Shown here piece by piece: positions 44,424 to 53,851 of a stretch of 64,000 bases of DNA. The DNA is from Clostridia bacterium (GTDB lineage: Bacteria > Bacillota > Clostridia > Christensenellales > CAG-138), in NCBI GenBank assembly GCA_017435905.1, contig JAFSEB010000047.1, positions 5,062 through 69,061 of the forward strand, given 5' to 3'. The number at the start of each line of letters is the position of its first letter. The stretch's first letter is position 1. The translations under genes were made by a program, and so were the position numbers. The notes beneath the pieces were generated by a model. That model was not told the origin of the DNA. It made no database searches and saw only the letters and a program-made list of their open reading frames with translations.

Positions 44424-45736
44424 GCCTGTTCCGCCTGTTTTTTCTGAAATTTTGCAAGGAAAAATCCTTCCGTCCCGTCAAGGTGCGGAAAGAGCTGCAG
44501 CATGCCGTCCTTTGCCCGTGCATGGAGCGTTTCGGGCAGATAGGGCGTCAGATCCGCTGCGGAAAAATCGCTGTGGCGCTGCAAAAACGCCGCAGCACGT
44601 TTTTCGTTTTCAAGGGGTGAAATGGTGCAGGTCGCATAGAGAAGCGTTCCGCCCGGCTTCACGTATTCCGCCGCCGTATCAAGCAGTTTTTCCTGAATGG
44701 CAGCGATCTCTTCAATGACGGCCGCGGATTTTGCGTACCTTGCATCCGGCTTTCCCTGCACGCCGAGCCCGGAGCAGGGTGCGTCGAGAAGCACCGCATC
44801 AAAGGCATGCCGGTATTCCGCCGCATAGACGGAAGCATCTCTTGTTTCGGCGGATGCATTTTTCACATTGAGCCGTGCAAGGGTCTTTTGAAGCAGCTCC
44901 GTTCTGTGTTCGTGAAGCTCCCATGCGTCGATTTTGCCCCCGTTCTCCATCAGCATGGAAAGGTAAGCGGTCTTACCGCCGGGCGCAGCGCAGGCATCAA
45001 GCACATGCATGCCCTCCTTCGCACCGAGGGCACGGCACACGAGCATGGCGCTTTCGCTCTGCACGGTGATCTTCCCCAGCCTGAAAAGCGGATCGGCTGC
45101 CACATCAAAGCCCTGCTTCAGTTTGAACGCATCGGGAACGATGCTGCCCCGTTCAAAGCCGATACTGCGGTTTTCAAGTTCTTTTTCAAGTTCCGCCGCA
45201 GTATACGGCGCCTGCGCACGGACGGTCAGTTCACGCACATCTGCGGAAAGCAGCGCCTCCGTGAACGTTTCGCCGTAGGCATCGCAGTAAAGATCCACAA
45301 GATAGCGGGGATAGCTGTAGCGGATGCTGAGATACTGCCGGGGATCCTCCGGCATGGGAACGGGCTTGTCCGCATCACGGCAAAGCGCACGCATCACACC
45401 GTTCACATAGCCTGAAAGCGCACCCTTGCCGATCTCCTTTACAAGCTTCACGCTTTCGTTGCAGGCGGCGCTGTGGGGCACATCCATAAAAAGCGCCTGT
45501 GCCGCACCGAGGCGAAGAATGCCCCTTATCATCGGCTTCTGGCTGCCCTTGATGTACTGCGAGAGCACATGGTCGATATAAAGAAGGTGGTCAAGAGTCT
45601 CGTACACCGCCGCACTCACCCACTTTGCGTCCTGCCGGGAAAGCCCCCGCTCTGCCTCTTTCAGGCGCAGGTTGGCATAAGCGCCCCGGTCGGTGATATC
45701 CACAAGTGCTTCAAGGGCGGTGCGTCGAATACTCAT
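44420..45736 (-). CDS. rsmB: 16S rRNA (cytosine967-C5)-methyltransferase
   Basis: NusB-like N-terminal domain, SAM motif DACAAPGGKT, and catalytic Cys pair (DAPCSG, YATCT). Confidence 0.9.
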   Translation of the reverse strand: MSIRRTALEALVDITDRGAYANLRLKEAERGLSRQDAKWVSAAVYETLDHLLYIDHVLSQYIKGSQKPMIRGILRLGAAQALFMDVPHSAACNESVKLVKEIGKGALSGYVNGVMRALCRDADKPVPMPEDPRQYLSIRYSYPRYLVDLYCDAYGETFTEALLSADVRELTVRAQAPYTAAELEKELENRSIGFERGSIVPDAFKLKQGFDVAADPLFRLGKITVQSESAMLVCRALGAKEGMHVLDACAAPGGKTAYLSMLMENGGKIDAWELHEHRTELLQKTLARLNVKNASAETRDASVYAAEYRHAFDAVLLDAPCSGLGVQGKPDARYAKSAAVIEEIAAIQEKLLDTAAEYVKPGGTLLYATCTISPLENEKRAAAFLQRHSDFSAADLTPYLPETLHARAKDGMLQLFPHLDGTEGFFLAKFQKKQAEQA

Positions 45737-46659
45737 TGCAATACCTTTCCGTTTAAATCATGTCCCCGAAGGGCGGTCTTTGCATCCATGCGCTTTGCGC
45801 CGGGGAACTGCAGCTCGACCACTTCGATCACGCCGTCGCCCGCATCCACAAACAGTCCCTTTTTGGGGTCTGCGATGATGCACTTACCCTGCGTACCTTC
45901 GGAGGGAAGATCCGTCTTTTTCGTTTTCCAAAGCTTGATCACATCCCCATCGCACAGGGCAAAGGCGCCGGGCCAGGGATTCATGCCTCGCACCCTGTCA
46001 TGGGCATACTGCATGCCACGGGCGAAGTCCACATGGCCATCCTCTTTTTTGAGCATGCCGCACTTTGTGGCTTCCGCTTCGTTTTGGGGCGTGCGTGTCA
46101 GCGTTCCGGCTTCAAGGGCATCGATGGTCTCCCTGAGCAGTTCTGCGCCGAGTACGGCAAGGCGGTCAAACAGTTCGCCTGCGGTCTCATCTTCCCCGAT
46201 GGGGGTCTTTTTCACAAGAAGGATATCGCCGGTATCAAGGCCCACATCCGTCATCATGGTGGTGACGCCGCTTTCCTTTTCGCCGTTGATCACCGCCCAC
46301 TGAATGGGGGCGGCGCCCCTGTATTTGGGCAGGATGCTGCCGTGTACATTGATGCAGCCGTATTTCGGGATAGCGAGGTTTTCCGCACTGAGGATCTGCC
46401 CGAAGGCAGCGGTGACCATCAGATCGGGCGCAAAGTCACGAAGCGCCTTCACGCCTTCCGGCATGCGGATCTTTTCGCATTGGAACACGGGGATGCCGTG
46501 TGCAAGGGCCATCGCCTTTACGGGCGGCGGCGTCATCACGGCTTTGCGGCCGACGGGCTTATCGGGCTGGGTAAATACATGCAGCGTATGCCCTTGCTCA
46601 ATAAGCATTTTCAGGGACGGCAGGGCAAAATCCGGCGTGCCAAGGAATGCGATCCTCAT
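45733..46659 (-). CDS. fmt: Methionyl-tRNA formyltransferase
   Basis: MRIAFLGTPDFA, HGSILPKYRGAAPIQWAVING. Confidence 0.95.
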   Translation of the reverse strand: MRIAFLGTPDFALPSLKMLIEQGHTLHVFTQPDKPVGRKAVMTPPPVKAMALAHGIPVFQCEKIRMPEGVKALRDFAPDLMVTAAFGQILSAENLAIPKYGCINVHGSILPKYRGAAPIQWAVINGEKESGVTTMMTDVGLDTGDILLVKKTPIGEDETAGELFDRLAVLGAELLRETIDALEAGTLTRTPQNEAEATKCGMLKKEDGHVDFARGMQYAHDRVRGMNPWPGAFALCDGDVIKLWKTKKTDLPSEGTQGKCIIADPKKGLFVDAGDGVIEVVELQFPGAKRMDAKTALRGHDLNGKVLQ

Positions 46660-47141
46660 TCGCCGTCCTCCTCCTCGTATTCCTCGGTATAGCCTTCCGG
46701 CGGATCGGTGATAAGGCGCTTATAGACCTTGCCGTCAAGGTGGTCGGTCTCATGCAGCATGGCACGGGCAAAGAGACCTTCGCCTTCGTATTCGTAAAGA
46801 TCGCCGTTGCGGTCATAAGCACGGCAGCGCACGAAGTTGGGGCGCACCACATAGCCGCTTTCGCCCGGGAAGGAAAGGCAGCCTTCAAAGCAGCCCTGTT
46901 CGCCGGAGGTCTCAATGATCTCGGGGTTCACAAGTTCCACAAGACCGTCGCCGCAGTCGATGACCGCCACACGGCGAAGGATGCCCACCTGCGGACCTGC
47001 AAGGCCTACGCCGTTGGCGTCATACATGGTCTCCGCCATATCGTCAAGAAGAGCAGCAAGTTTGGCATCGAATTTTTCAACGGGACGGCACTGTTTGTAC
47101 AGGCAGGAAGCATCCCCGGTAAAGATCTTGCGTTTTCCCAT
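46656..47141 (-). CDS. def: Peptide deformylase
   Basis: GVGLAGPQVG, EGCLSFPG, HETDHL motifs. Confidence 0.95.
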   Translation of the reverse strand: MGKRKIFTGDASCLYKQCRPVEKFDAKLAALLDDMAETMYDANGVGLAGPQVGILRRVAVIDCGDGLVELVNPEIIETSGEQGCFEGCLSFPGESGYVVRPNFVRCRAYDRNGDLYEYEGEGLFARAMLHETDHLDGKVYKRLITDPPEGYTEEYEEEDGE

Positions 47142-47255
47142 TTTTCATTCTCCTTTGTCAGCAAATCATATTATTATATCCCATTTTCCGTGGGGGTGGC
47201 AAGCCGCGCCGCCCGAAAAAGCAGGTTTCACGCTCTTTTTCGGGGCGGATGAGCC

Positions 47256-49532
47256 TTAGAACATGTTGGTGGGGTTCACCTCGATCTCGCTCATTCCCGG
47301 GCGCCTGTGGATATCGTGAAAGGCATAGGCGGCACGGATGGCTGCGGCGGTGTGCTTTGTTCTTGCAAGCTTCAAAAGCACCTGATAGCGGTACACGCCC
47401 TCACGCCGCCTGATGGGCGCCGGCGATGCTTCAAGATAAAGGAGCTCCGGTCCCGTTGCCCCGGCTGCGGCAAGAGCTGCTTCCACCGCTTCTTTCAAGC
47501 CTGCTGCAATGCGGTTCGTCTCCTCCGCAAGGATATCCTCGTTTTCGCCGGTGAGCACCGTGCGAAGGAACAGACCGTAGGGCGGAAAGAGCGCCGCACG
47601 CCTTGTCATGATCTCGTATTCGTAAAAGCCCGGATAGTCATGCTTCGCCGCAAGCTCGATCACGGGGTGATCCGGCGTATAGGTCTGCAGGATGACACGG
47701 CCGGTCTTCTCCGCACGCCCTGCCCTGCCCGCTACCTGTGCAAGCAGCTGAAACGTGCGCTCCGAGGAGCGAAAATCGGGAATATGGAGCATGGAATCCG
47801 CCGCAATAACGCCCACAAGGGTCACATTGGGGATATCGAGCCCCTTGGCGATCATCTGCGTGCCGATGAGCACCTGTGCACCGCCGCTCTGAAAACGGCT
47901 CAAAAGCGCCTCATGGGCATTGTGGGTACGCGTGGTGTCATGATCCATCCTGACGGTGGTCACGCCGGGAAAATGGGTCAGAAGCTGCTCCTCTACCTGC
48001 TGTGTGCCCACGCCGAAAAATTTAAGATACGGTTTTCCGCATTCCGGACATACCGTGGGGATACGGGCGGTCTCGCCGCAATAGTGGCATTTCATCATCT
48101 CGCCCGATTTGTGGTATGTCATGGAAACATCGCAGTTTCTGCACTTCATCACATAGCCGCAGCCACGGCAGGAAACAAAGGTGGAGTATCCCCTGCGGTT
48201 CATGAACAGGATGGCTTGCTCCCCGGCATCAAGGCAGCGCTTCAGTGCAGCGTAAAGGGATGCGCTGAAAATGCTGTTGTTTCCCGAAAGGAACTCGTTT
48301 CGCATATCCACCACTTCCACCTCGGGAAGAGGCTGCCCGTTGGCACGTTCCGGCAGCGAAAGCAGCTTGTAAGTGCCTGCAAGCCCCCGTTTGTATGCGG
48401 CAACGGAGGGCGTGGCGCTGCCAAGCACGAGCACCGCCCCCGACAGCTTTGCACGCCTTGCGGCCACTTCCACCGCACCGTAACGGGGCGTCATTTCGCT
48501 GTAATAAGAAGGTTCGTGTTCCTCATCCACAATGATAAGGCGCAGGTTTTCAACGGGAGCAAAGACGGCGCTTCTTGCGCCGATGACCACATCCACCTTG
48601 TTGAGGCGGATGCGCCGCCACTCATCATACCGCTCCCCTGCGCTGAGGCGGCTGTGCAGCACCGCCACACGCTCGCCGAAACGACTGTGGAACCGCTCCA
48701 TAGCCTGCGGCGTCAGGGAGATCTCCGGCACCAGCACAATGGCCTTGCCGCCCTCCTTTACGACTCTTGCAATGGTCTGCATATAGACTTCCGTTTTACC
48801 GCTGCCCGTGATGCCGTAAAGAAGGCATGTGCCCTCCTTTGCATCAAGGCATTCTACAATGCCCTCATAGGCTTGCTGCTGGGCCTCCGTCAGCGGAAGC
48901 GGCTCCGTTTTCTTTTTCACGGTATGGTGGAAGGGGTTGCGGAAACTTTCCTTCCCCTCCTCTTCCAGTATGCCCTTTTTGAGGAGTGCGGCAATGGCAC
49001 CTGCCGCACCGGGGATAAAGGCGGTGATATCCGCCGTGCTCATATACGTTCCCGTTTGGGACAGGATCTCGAGCACCTCCGTCTGCTTCGGGGCACGGGA
49101 AACGCCTGCCTTTGTTAAAAGGGCATCCATTTCCTTTTTGGCATCCACCCCTTCACGGATGCGCACCGTTCTCACGGTCTTTTCCTTGATGCGGCTTCCG
49201 CGCATTTGTGCAGGGATCATCAGCCGAAGGGCATCCACAAGCAGGCAATGGTAAGACCCTGCGATCCAATAAGCGAGCTTGATCTGCTCCTCCGTCAGCG
49301 CAGGGTAGGGCTCCATGGTGCGCAGGATGGGCTTTAGCACAACGCTGTCCACATCGGTCGTTTCGCTCACTTCCAGCACAAAGCCTTCCGTTTTGCGGTT
49401 TCCTGCACCAAAGGGCACGATCACACGCTGACCCGGGCGCACTTGAAGCTCTTCCGGCACGGTATAGGTGAACAGCCTGTCCACATTCGCATGGGCAATA
49501 TCGATGATCACACGGGCAAACACGCTGCACAC
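47256..49532 (-). CDS. priA: Primosomal replication-restart helicase PriA
   Basis: Walker A GITGSGKTEVY, DEEH box, and a Cys-rich zinc region CRGCG..CRNC..CHYCG..CPECG. Confidence 0.95.
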   Translation of the reverse strand: MCSVFARVIIDIAHANVDRLFTYTVPEELQVRPGQRVIVPFGAGNRKTEGFVLEVSETTDVDSVVLKPILRTMEPYPALTEEQIKLAYWIAGSYHCLLVDALRLMIPAQMRGSRIKEKTVRTVRIREGVDAKKEMDALLTKAGVSRAPKQTEVLEILSQTGTYMSTADITAFIPGAAGAIAALLKKGILEEEGKESFRNPFHHTVKKKTEPLPLTEAQQQAYEGIVECLDAKEGTCLLYGITGSGKTEVYMQTIARVVKEGGKAIVLVPEISLTPQAMERFHSRFGERVAVLHSRLSAGERYDEWRRIRLNKVDVVIGARSAVFAPVENLRLIIVDEEHEPSYYSEMTPRYGAVEVAARRAKLSGAVLVLGSATPSVAAYKRGLAGTYKLLSLPERANGQPLPEVEVVDMRNEFLSGNNSIFSASLYAALKRCLDAGEQAILFMNRRGYSTFVSCRGCGYVMKCRNCDVSMTYHKSGEMMKCHYCGETARIPTVCPECGKPYLKFFGVGTQQVEEQLLTHFPGVTTVRMDHDTTRTHNAHEALLSRFQSGGAQVLIGTQMIAKGLDIPNVTLVGVIAADSMLHIPDFRSSERTFQLLAQVAGRAGRAEKTGRVILQTYTPDHPVIELAAKHDYPGFYEYEIMTRRAALFPPYGLFLRTVLTGENEDILAEETNRIAAGLKEAVEAALAAAGATGPELLYLEASPAPIRRREGVYRYQVLLKLARTKHTAAAIRAAYAFHDIHRRPGMSEIEVNPTNMF

Positions 49533-49717
49533 CTCCTTTTACCGTATAATTCAGCAATTTATTATACCATACCGCAGGCGGAAGAAAAAGAGTGCCGTTG
49601 CCCCGATACATGCCGCCGTGATAAAATGGATTTGTCGCTTCCCGGGCGACCCTTTCTTTCCAAAGAAGTTTTATACTGTTTATCAGAAAAACGAACGCAT
49701 GTGAAAGGAGAACGATT

Positions 49718-50548
49718 ATGTACGGTGCCATCATCGGCGATATCGTCGGTTCCAAGTATGAATTTTTCAATATCAAAACAAAAAACTTCCCCCTCTTCTC
49801 CCCCGGGTGCGACTATACGGATGATTCCATTATGACCGTGGCGGCGGCAAAGGCGCTGCTGCGTGCCCACAATGAGGAAGCACCCGATTTATTCCGCATT
49901 TTCACGGAGGAAATGCGTGCCCTCGGGCAGGCATACCCCGATCCCATGGGCGCATACGGCACACGCTTCATCGGCTGGCTGTTCACGGATGATCCTGCAC
50001 CTTACAACAGCTGCGGCAACGGCAGCGCCATGCGTGTTTCCCCCTGCGCACTCTACGCACAAACGCTGGAGGAAGCCCTTTTCCTTGCGGAAGCCTCCGC
50101 TGTGATCACCCACAACCACCCGGAGGGCATCAAAGGTGCAAAAGCCACCGCCGCCGCCATCTTTCTTGCAAAGACCGGCAGCAGCAAGGATGAGATCGCC
50201 GCATATATCCGACAACACTTTTACCCCCTTGCAAAGACCCTTGCCGAGATCCGCCCCTCGTACAGCTTTGACGGCACCTGCCAGGGAACCGTGCCGGAGG
50301 CGCTGACCGCTTTCCTTGCATCCACATCCTTTGAGGATTCCATCCGCAACGCTATCTCCATCGGCGGCGATTCGGACACCATCGGCGCCATCACGGGCTC
50401 CGTTGCCTATTCCTACTACCGCCGTGCCGGCGAAGACCTTTCCGCCTACCGCAAAAAAGCGGAAGCGTATTTGCCGAAGGAATTTGTGACGGTGATCGAG
50501 GAGTTTGAAAGGGTTTGTGTGGAGAGGAACGGGGAATCGAACAAATAA
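49718..50548 (+). CDS. ADP-ribosylglycohydrolase (ARH/DraG) family protein
   Basis: GAIIGDIVGSKYEF, YTDDSIMT, GNGSAMR, GGDSDTIGAITG (metal-binding motifs of the ARH fold). AAAGGAG RBS. Confidence 0.85.
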   Translation: MYGAIIGDIVGSKYEFFNIKTKNFPLFSPGCDYTDDSIMTVAAAKALLRAHNEEAPDLFRIFTEEMRALGQAYPDPMGAYGTRFIGWLFTDDPAPYNSCGNGSAMRVSPCALYAQTLEEALFLAEASAVITHNHPEGIKGAKATAAAIFLAKTGSSKDEIAAYIRQHFYPLAKTLAEIRPSYSFDGTCQGTVPEALTAFLASTSFEDSIRNAISIGGDSDTIGAITGSVAYSYYRRAGEDLSAYRKKAEAYLPKEFVTVIEEFERVCVERNGESNK

Positions 50549-50559
50549 GGAGAAATACC

Positions 50560-51354
50560 GTGGTCTACCGTATCGATTCGTTGGATGAATCCGCATATAA
50601 TCCCATTACGCAAAAAGAATATGACGCTTCCTGGGTCATTCTGAGGCTCACGGACAGCCGGGATTACCAGTTGCTTACAAGCAGCAGCGGCTACGCCTAT
50701 TGCGTAAAGATCAGCCGCAAAGAGCATCCCAAATGGAAAACAGCCGTAGGAGACTTCATCTCCTTTCATGAAGGAAGCGGCTGCAACGCCCTTCTTGTTA
50801 TGTCCGAGGATGTGCTTGCTGCAGTGCGATCCGATTATGCCGGTCATTCCTGCCGTGATCCGTTTCTAAGACAATATGAGCCGCCTGTCCTCATCCACAG
50901 CACACCCTTGCCCTGTTATGAAAAGATCCTGCAGGATCAAATGCTCAAAAGCTGGAACAGACTGCAGGCGGAGGGTGCATTAAGCGAAACACAGCCCATC
51001 GGTGCAAAGCTTGGTGATCCGGTCGATTTTCGTAACTACATCATGTTTGGCGATGGCGTGAGCAGCGAGATCGTAGTAAATTCAAAGCAGATTGGCAGGA
51101 TCGCCATGGATGTCAATGCGCCGTACCAAACAGGTGCAAGGCTGTATTTTGACGCAGCGAAAATGGCTGCGGACGGATTGCTTCTCCGTGACGGCTGCCA
51201 CATAAAAGTAAAGGATGCGCTTCCGCTTTCCCCCTATCTTATCTTCGCCGCAACATGGGAAACGATCGGGCTTGAAAAACAACTTTCTACGCCTGCGGAG
51301 TTTTCAGCCCTTGCTGATGAAGCTTTTTCCCGGCGTTTCAAACACGCTCTTTAA
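50560..51354 (+). CDS. Hypothetical 264-aa protein co-transcribed with the ARH gene
   Basis: GTG start 7 nt after an AAGGAG RBS and 12 nt after the ARH stop. No secure motif. The C-terminal half has an H-S-T ... IL..Q.L.S pattern reminiscent of H-x-T ADP-ribosyl/2'-phosphotransferase folds (weak). Confidence 0.55.
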   Translation: MVYRIDSLDESAYNPITQKEYDASWVILRLTDSRDYQLLTSSSGYAYCVKISRKEHPKWKTAVGDFISFHEGSGCNALLVMSEDVLAAVRSDYAGHSCRDPFLRQYEPPVLIHSTPLPCYEKILQDQMLKSWNRLQAEGALSETQPIGAKLGDPVDFRNYIMFGDGVSSEIVVNSKQIGRIAMDVNAPYQTGARLYFDAAKMAADGLLLRDGCHIKVKDALPLSPYLIFAATWETIGLEKQLSTPAEFSALADEAFSRRFKHAL

Positions 51355-51415
51355 CAGAAACGAAGGTATCGGCCGAATGGCCGATACCTTCGTTTTTCTT
51401 TATTTCTCTTGGTTT

Positions 51416-53053
51416 TTACTGTCTGAGGATATTTTCCCACTTGTCCACAAGGGTGCGGATATCCACTTCGAGAATGCCTGCAAGCATTTCTGCGGAAGCA
51501 TCGCTTTCCCAATCCGTATGTTCGATGAGCACGCCGAGTCGGGCAGCCTCTGCCTGCAGCTTCGCCGCATGGTGCGCTTCTTCAAGCTGCTTTGCGGCAG
51601 GTGCACTTTCCGCCTGCGGCGATGCACAGCAGCTGCAGCTGCTTCCGCCAAAAACGGTGTATTCTTCCAGCAGCGACGGCACTTCCACATGGTAGCCAAG
51701 CGCCTTCACGGCCTTTTCATAGCTTGCAAGGGCTTCCTCTTCGCCGTGCACAAGGAAGACGCAGTTGGGCTTGTTGCCGATGCCCTCGATCCACTTGATG
51801 AGCTCATCCCTGCCTGCATGACCGGAGAAGCCTTCGATGCGCTCGATGGCGGCATTGACGAAAATACTTTCGCCGAACAGCTTGACCTTTTTCGCACCGT
51901 CAAGAAGGATCCTGCCGAGGGTGCCGACAGCCTGATAGCCGGAGAACACCACCGTGGAATCCGCACGGAACAGGTTGTGCTTCAAATGATGGCGAATGCG
52001 GCCTGCATCGCACATGCCGGAGGAGGAAATGATGATGTTGCAGCCCTTTTCCGCATTGATGAGTTTGCTTTCATCGGCAGTACGGGCAATGCGGAGGTTG
52101 TCAAATTCAAAGGGCGAACTGCTCCTGGCGATGGCCTTGGCTTCCTCATCGTAATAGCCTTCCGCACAGCTGCGGTAAACGTTGGTGGCGTTGATGCCAA
52201 GGGGACTGTCGATATAAACGGGCACCTTTTCAAGACCGGGCACGGCGTTTTTAAGAAGCAGCCGCTTAATGTAATAGAGAAGCTCCTGCGTTCTGCCCAC
52301 GGCGAAGGACGGGATGACGATGTTGCCGCCCCGGGCAATGCCCATCTTCAGCACGGAGATGAGTTCCGCTTCCTTCGCTTCATCGGAGGATTCCTGATGG
52401 TTCCTGTCGCCGTAAGTACCCTCGATGATCAGATAGTCCGCACCCTGCACCTGCTTTGGATCGCAGATGATGGGCCTGTCGCTGCGGCCGATATCGCCGG
52501 AAAAGACGAGTTTGGTGGTGTTGCCGTCTTCCTCCGCCCAAAGCTCGATGGCAGCGGAGCCGAGAAGGTGGCCGATATCGTTGAAACGGGCGGTAACACC
52601 CTCCGCTACGGTGACGACCTGCCCGTAGGATACAGGGCTGAAGCGCTTGAGTGTCTCCTCCACATCCTTCATGGTGTAAAGGGGCTCCACAAGGGGCTTG
52701 TTCGCACGCATGTTTTTGCGGTTCTGGTATTCCGCATCCTGCTCCTGAATGTGACCGCTGTCGGGCAGCATGATGCCGGAAAGCTCCGCCGTGGCTTTCG
52801 TAGCGATAATTTTGCCCTGAAAGCCCTTCTTCACCAGCAGCGGAAGAAGACCGGAATGGTCGATATGGGCATGGCTCAGAAGCACCGCATCGATGGAAGC
52901 GGCGTCAAAGGGGAAATTTCCCTCGCCAAGCTCCGTTTTTTTATCCGCACCCTGACGCATACCGCAATCGAGCAGTATGTTCTTTCCGTTGGCATTGACA
53001 AGATGGCAGGAACCCGTTACGCAGCGGGCAGCGCCGCAAAACTTGATCTTCAT
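51416..53053 (-). CDS. MBL-fold beta-CASP ribonuclease (CPSF73-like)
   Basis: HAHIDHSG metallo-beta-lactamase motif, then beta-CASP and RMMBL regions (SGHAGRDEL), plus a ~100-aa C-terminal extension. ATG at 53053 has an AAAGGAA RBS; the track start at 53059 is TTG. Confidence 0.85.
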   Translation of the reverse strand: MKIKFCGAARCVTGSCHLVNANGKNILLDCGMRQGADKKTELGEGNFPFDAASIDAVLLSHAHIDHSGLLPLLVKKGFQGKIIATKATAELSGIMLPDSGHIQEQDAEYQNRKNMRANKPLVEPLYTMKDVEETLKRFSPVSYGQVVTVAEGVTARFNDIGHLLGSAAIELWAEEDGNTTKLVFSGDIGRSDRPIICDPKQVQGADYLIIEGTYGDRNHQESSDEAKEAELISVLKMGIARGGNIVIPSFAVGRTQELLYYIKRLLLKNAVPGLEKVPVYIDSPLGINATNVYRSCAEGYYDEEAKAIARSSSPFEFDNLRIARTADESKLINAEKGCNIIISSSGMCDAGRIRHHLKHNLFRADSTVVFSGYQAVGTLGRILLDGAKKVKLFGESIFVNAAIERIEGFSGHAGRDELIKWIEGIGNKPNCVFLVHGEEEALASYEKAVKALGYHVEVPSLLEEYTVFGGSSCSCCASPQAESAPAAKQLEEAHHAAKLQAEAARLGVLIEHTDWESDASAEMLAGILEVDIRTLVDKWENILRQ

Positions 53054-53147
53054 TGGCAATTCCTTTCAATGGCAGTAAATGGTAAATAACGCTTTCTATA
53101 CTTTATTATATGCACTTTCCCTTTTCCAAACAAGTGCCTTTGCTTCT

Positions 53148-53189
53148 CAATAAAAGGAAAACGTGCCGCACAGAAAGCTGTGCAGCACG
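53148..53189 (-). terminator. Terminator of the SEC-C motif gene
   Basis: CGTGCCGCACAG / CTGTGCAGCACG stem (one mismatch). On the minus strand it is followed by TTTTCCTTTTATT. Confidence 0.55.
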
Positions 53190-53203
53190 CATTGTTGACG
53201 GGA

Positions 53204-53707
53204 TTATTGATCTTTTCCGCAGCACTTCTTGTACTTTTTGCCGCTGCCGCAGGGGCAGGGATCGTTGCGGCCAACGGTCTCTTCCTTGACGAAAACCTTG
53301 GCAGCACGGAATTCCTTGGTGATCTCACGGCGCTTTTCTTCGGAAAGAACGCCATCCCACTCCTTGAGGTGGTAAAGCCAATCGGCCTTGGCATCGAGCA
53401 TGTTGAAGTAAAGCTTCTCGAAATCCACGTCAAGGGATACTTCGGTATCGCTTTCAAGGGATTCAAGGTCGATCTCCTGCTTCAGGCTGGTGTTGATGCC
53501 ATCGATGAAGCCGGCGAATACGATGTCTTCCATGCCGAAGGTCTCGGCAAGCTCGGAAACCTTGCCTGCGTAAACTTCGGTGTGGTTGGCAAGGATCTTC
53601 TTGTAGTTTTCGGTCTCAAGATCGAAGTATGCATTCCAGAACTCATGCTGTTCCTGATGGCTGCGCTGCATCTCTGCGACCTGTCTCCACTGAGAAAAAA
53701 GGCTCAT
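53204..53707 (-). CDS. SEC-C metal-binding motif protein
   Basis: C-terminal [14 protein letters not shown]. Start at MSLFSQW (GGGGGAG upstream); the ORF is open to 53725. Confidence 0.7.
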   Translation of the reverse strand: MSLFSQWRQVAEMQRSHQEQHEFWNAYFDLETENYKKILANHTEVYAGKVSELAETFGMEDIVFAGFIDGINTSLKQEIDLESLESDTEVSLDVDFEKLYFNMLDAKADWLYHLKEWDGVLSEEKRREITKEFRAAKVFVKEETVGRNDPCPCGSGKKYKKCCGKDQ

Positions 53708-53851
53708 AGTATATATCTCCCCCATGATTGGGCGGACAGCTTTCGCTGCCCGCCGCTATTATTATTTTTTGCTTTTCTTATGGTACTGGATTTACACCGC
53801 TCAGTCAAGATATTCCTTGGCCTTCGGCTTCCTTTCAAAAAGGATGTTTTC

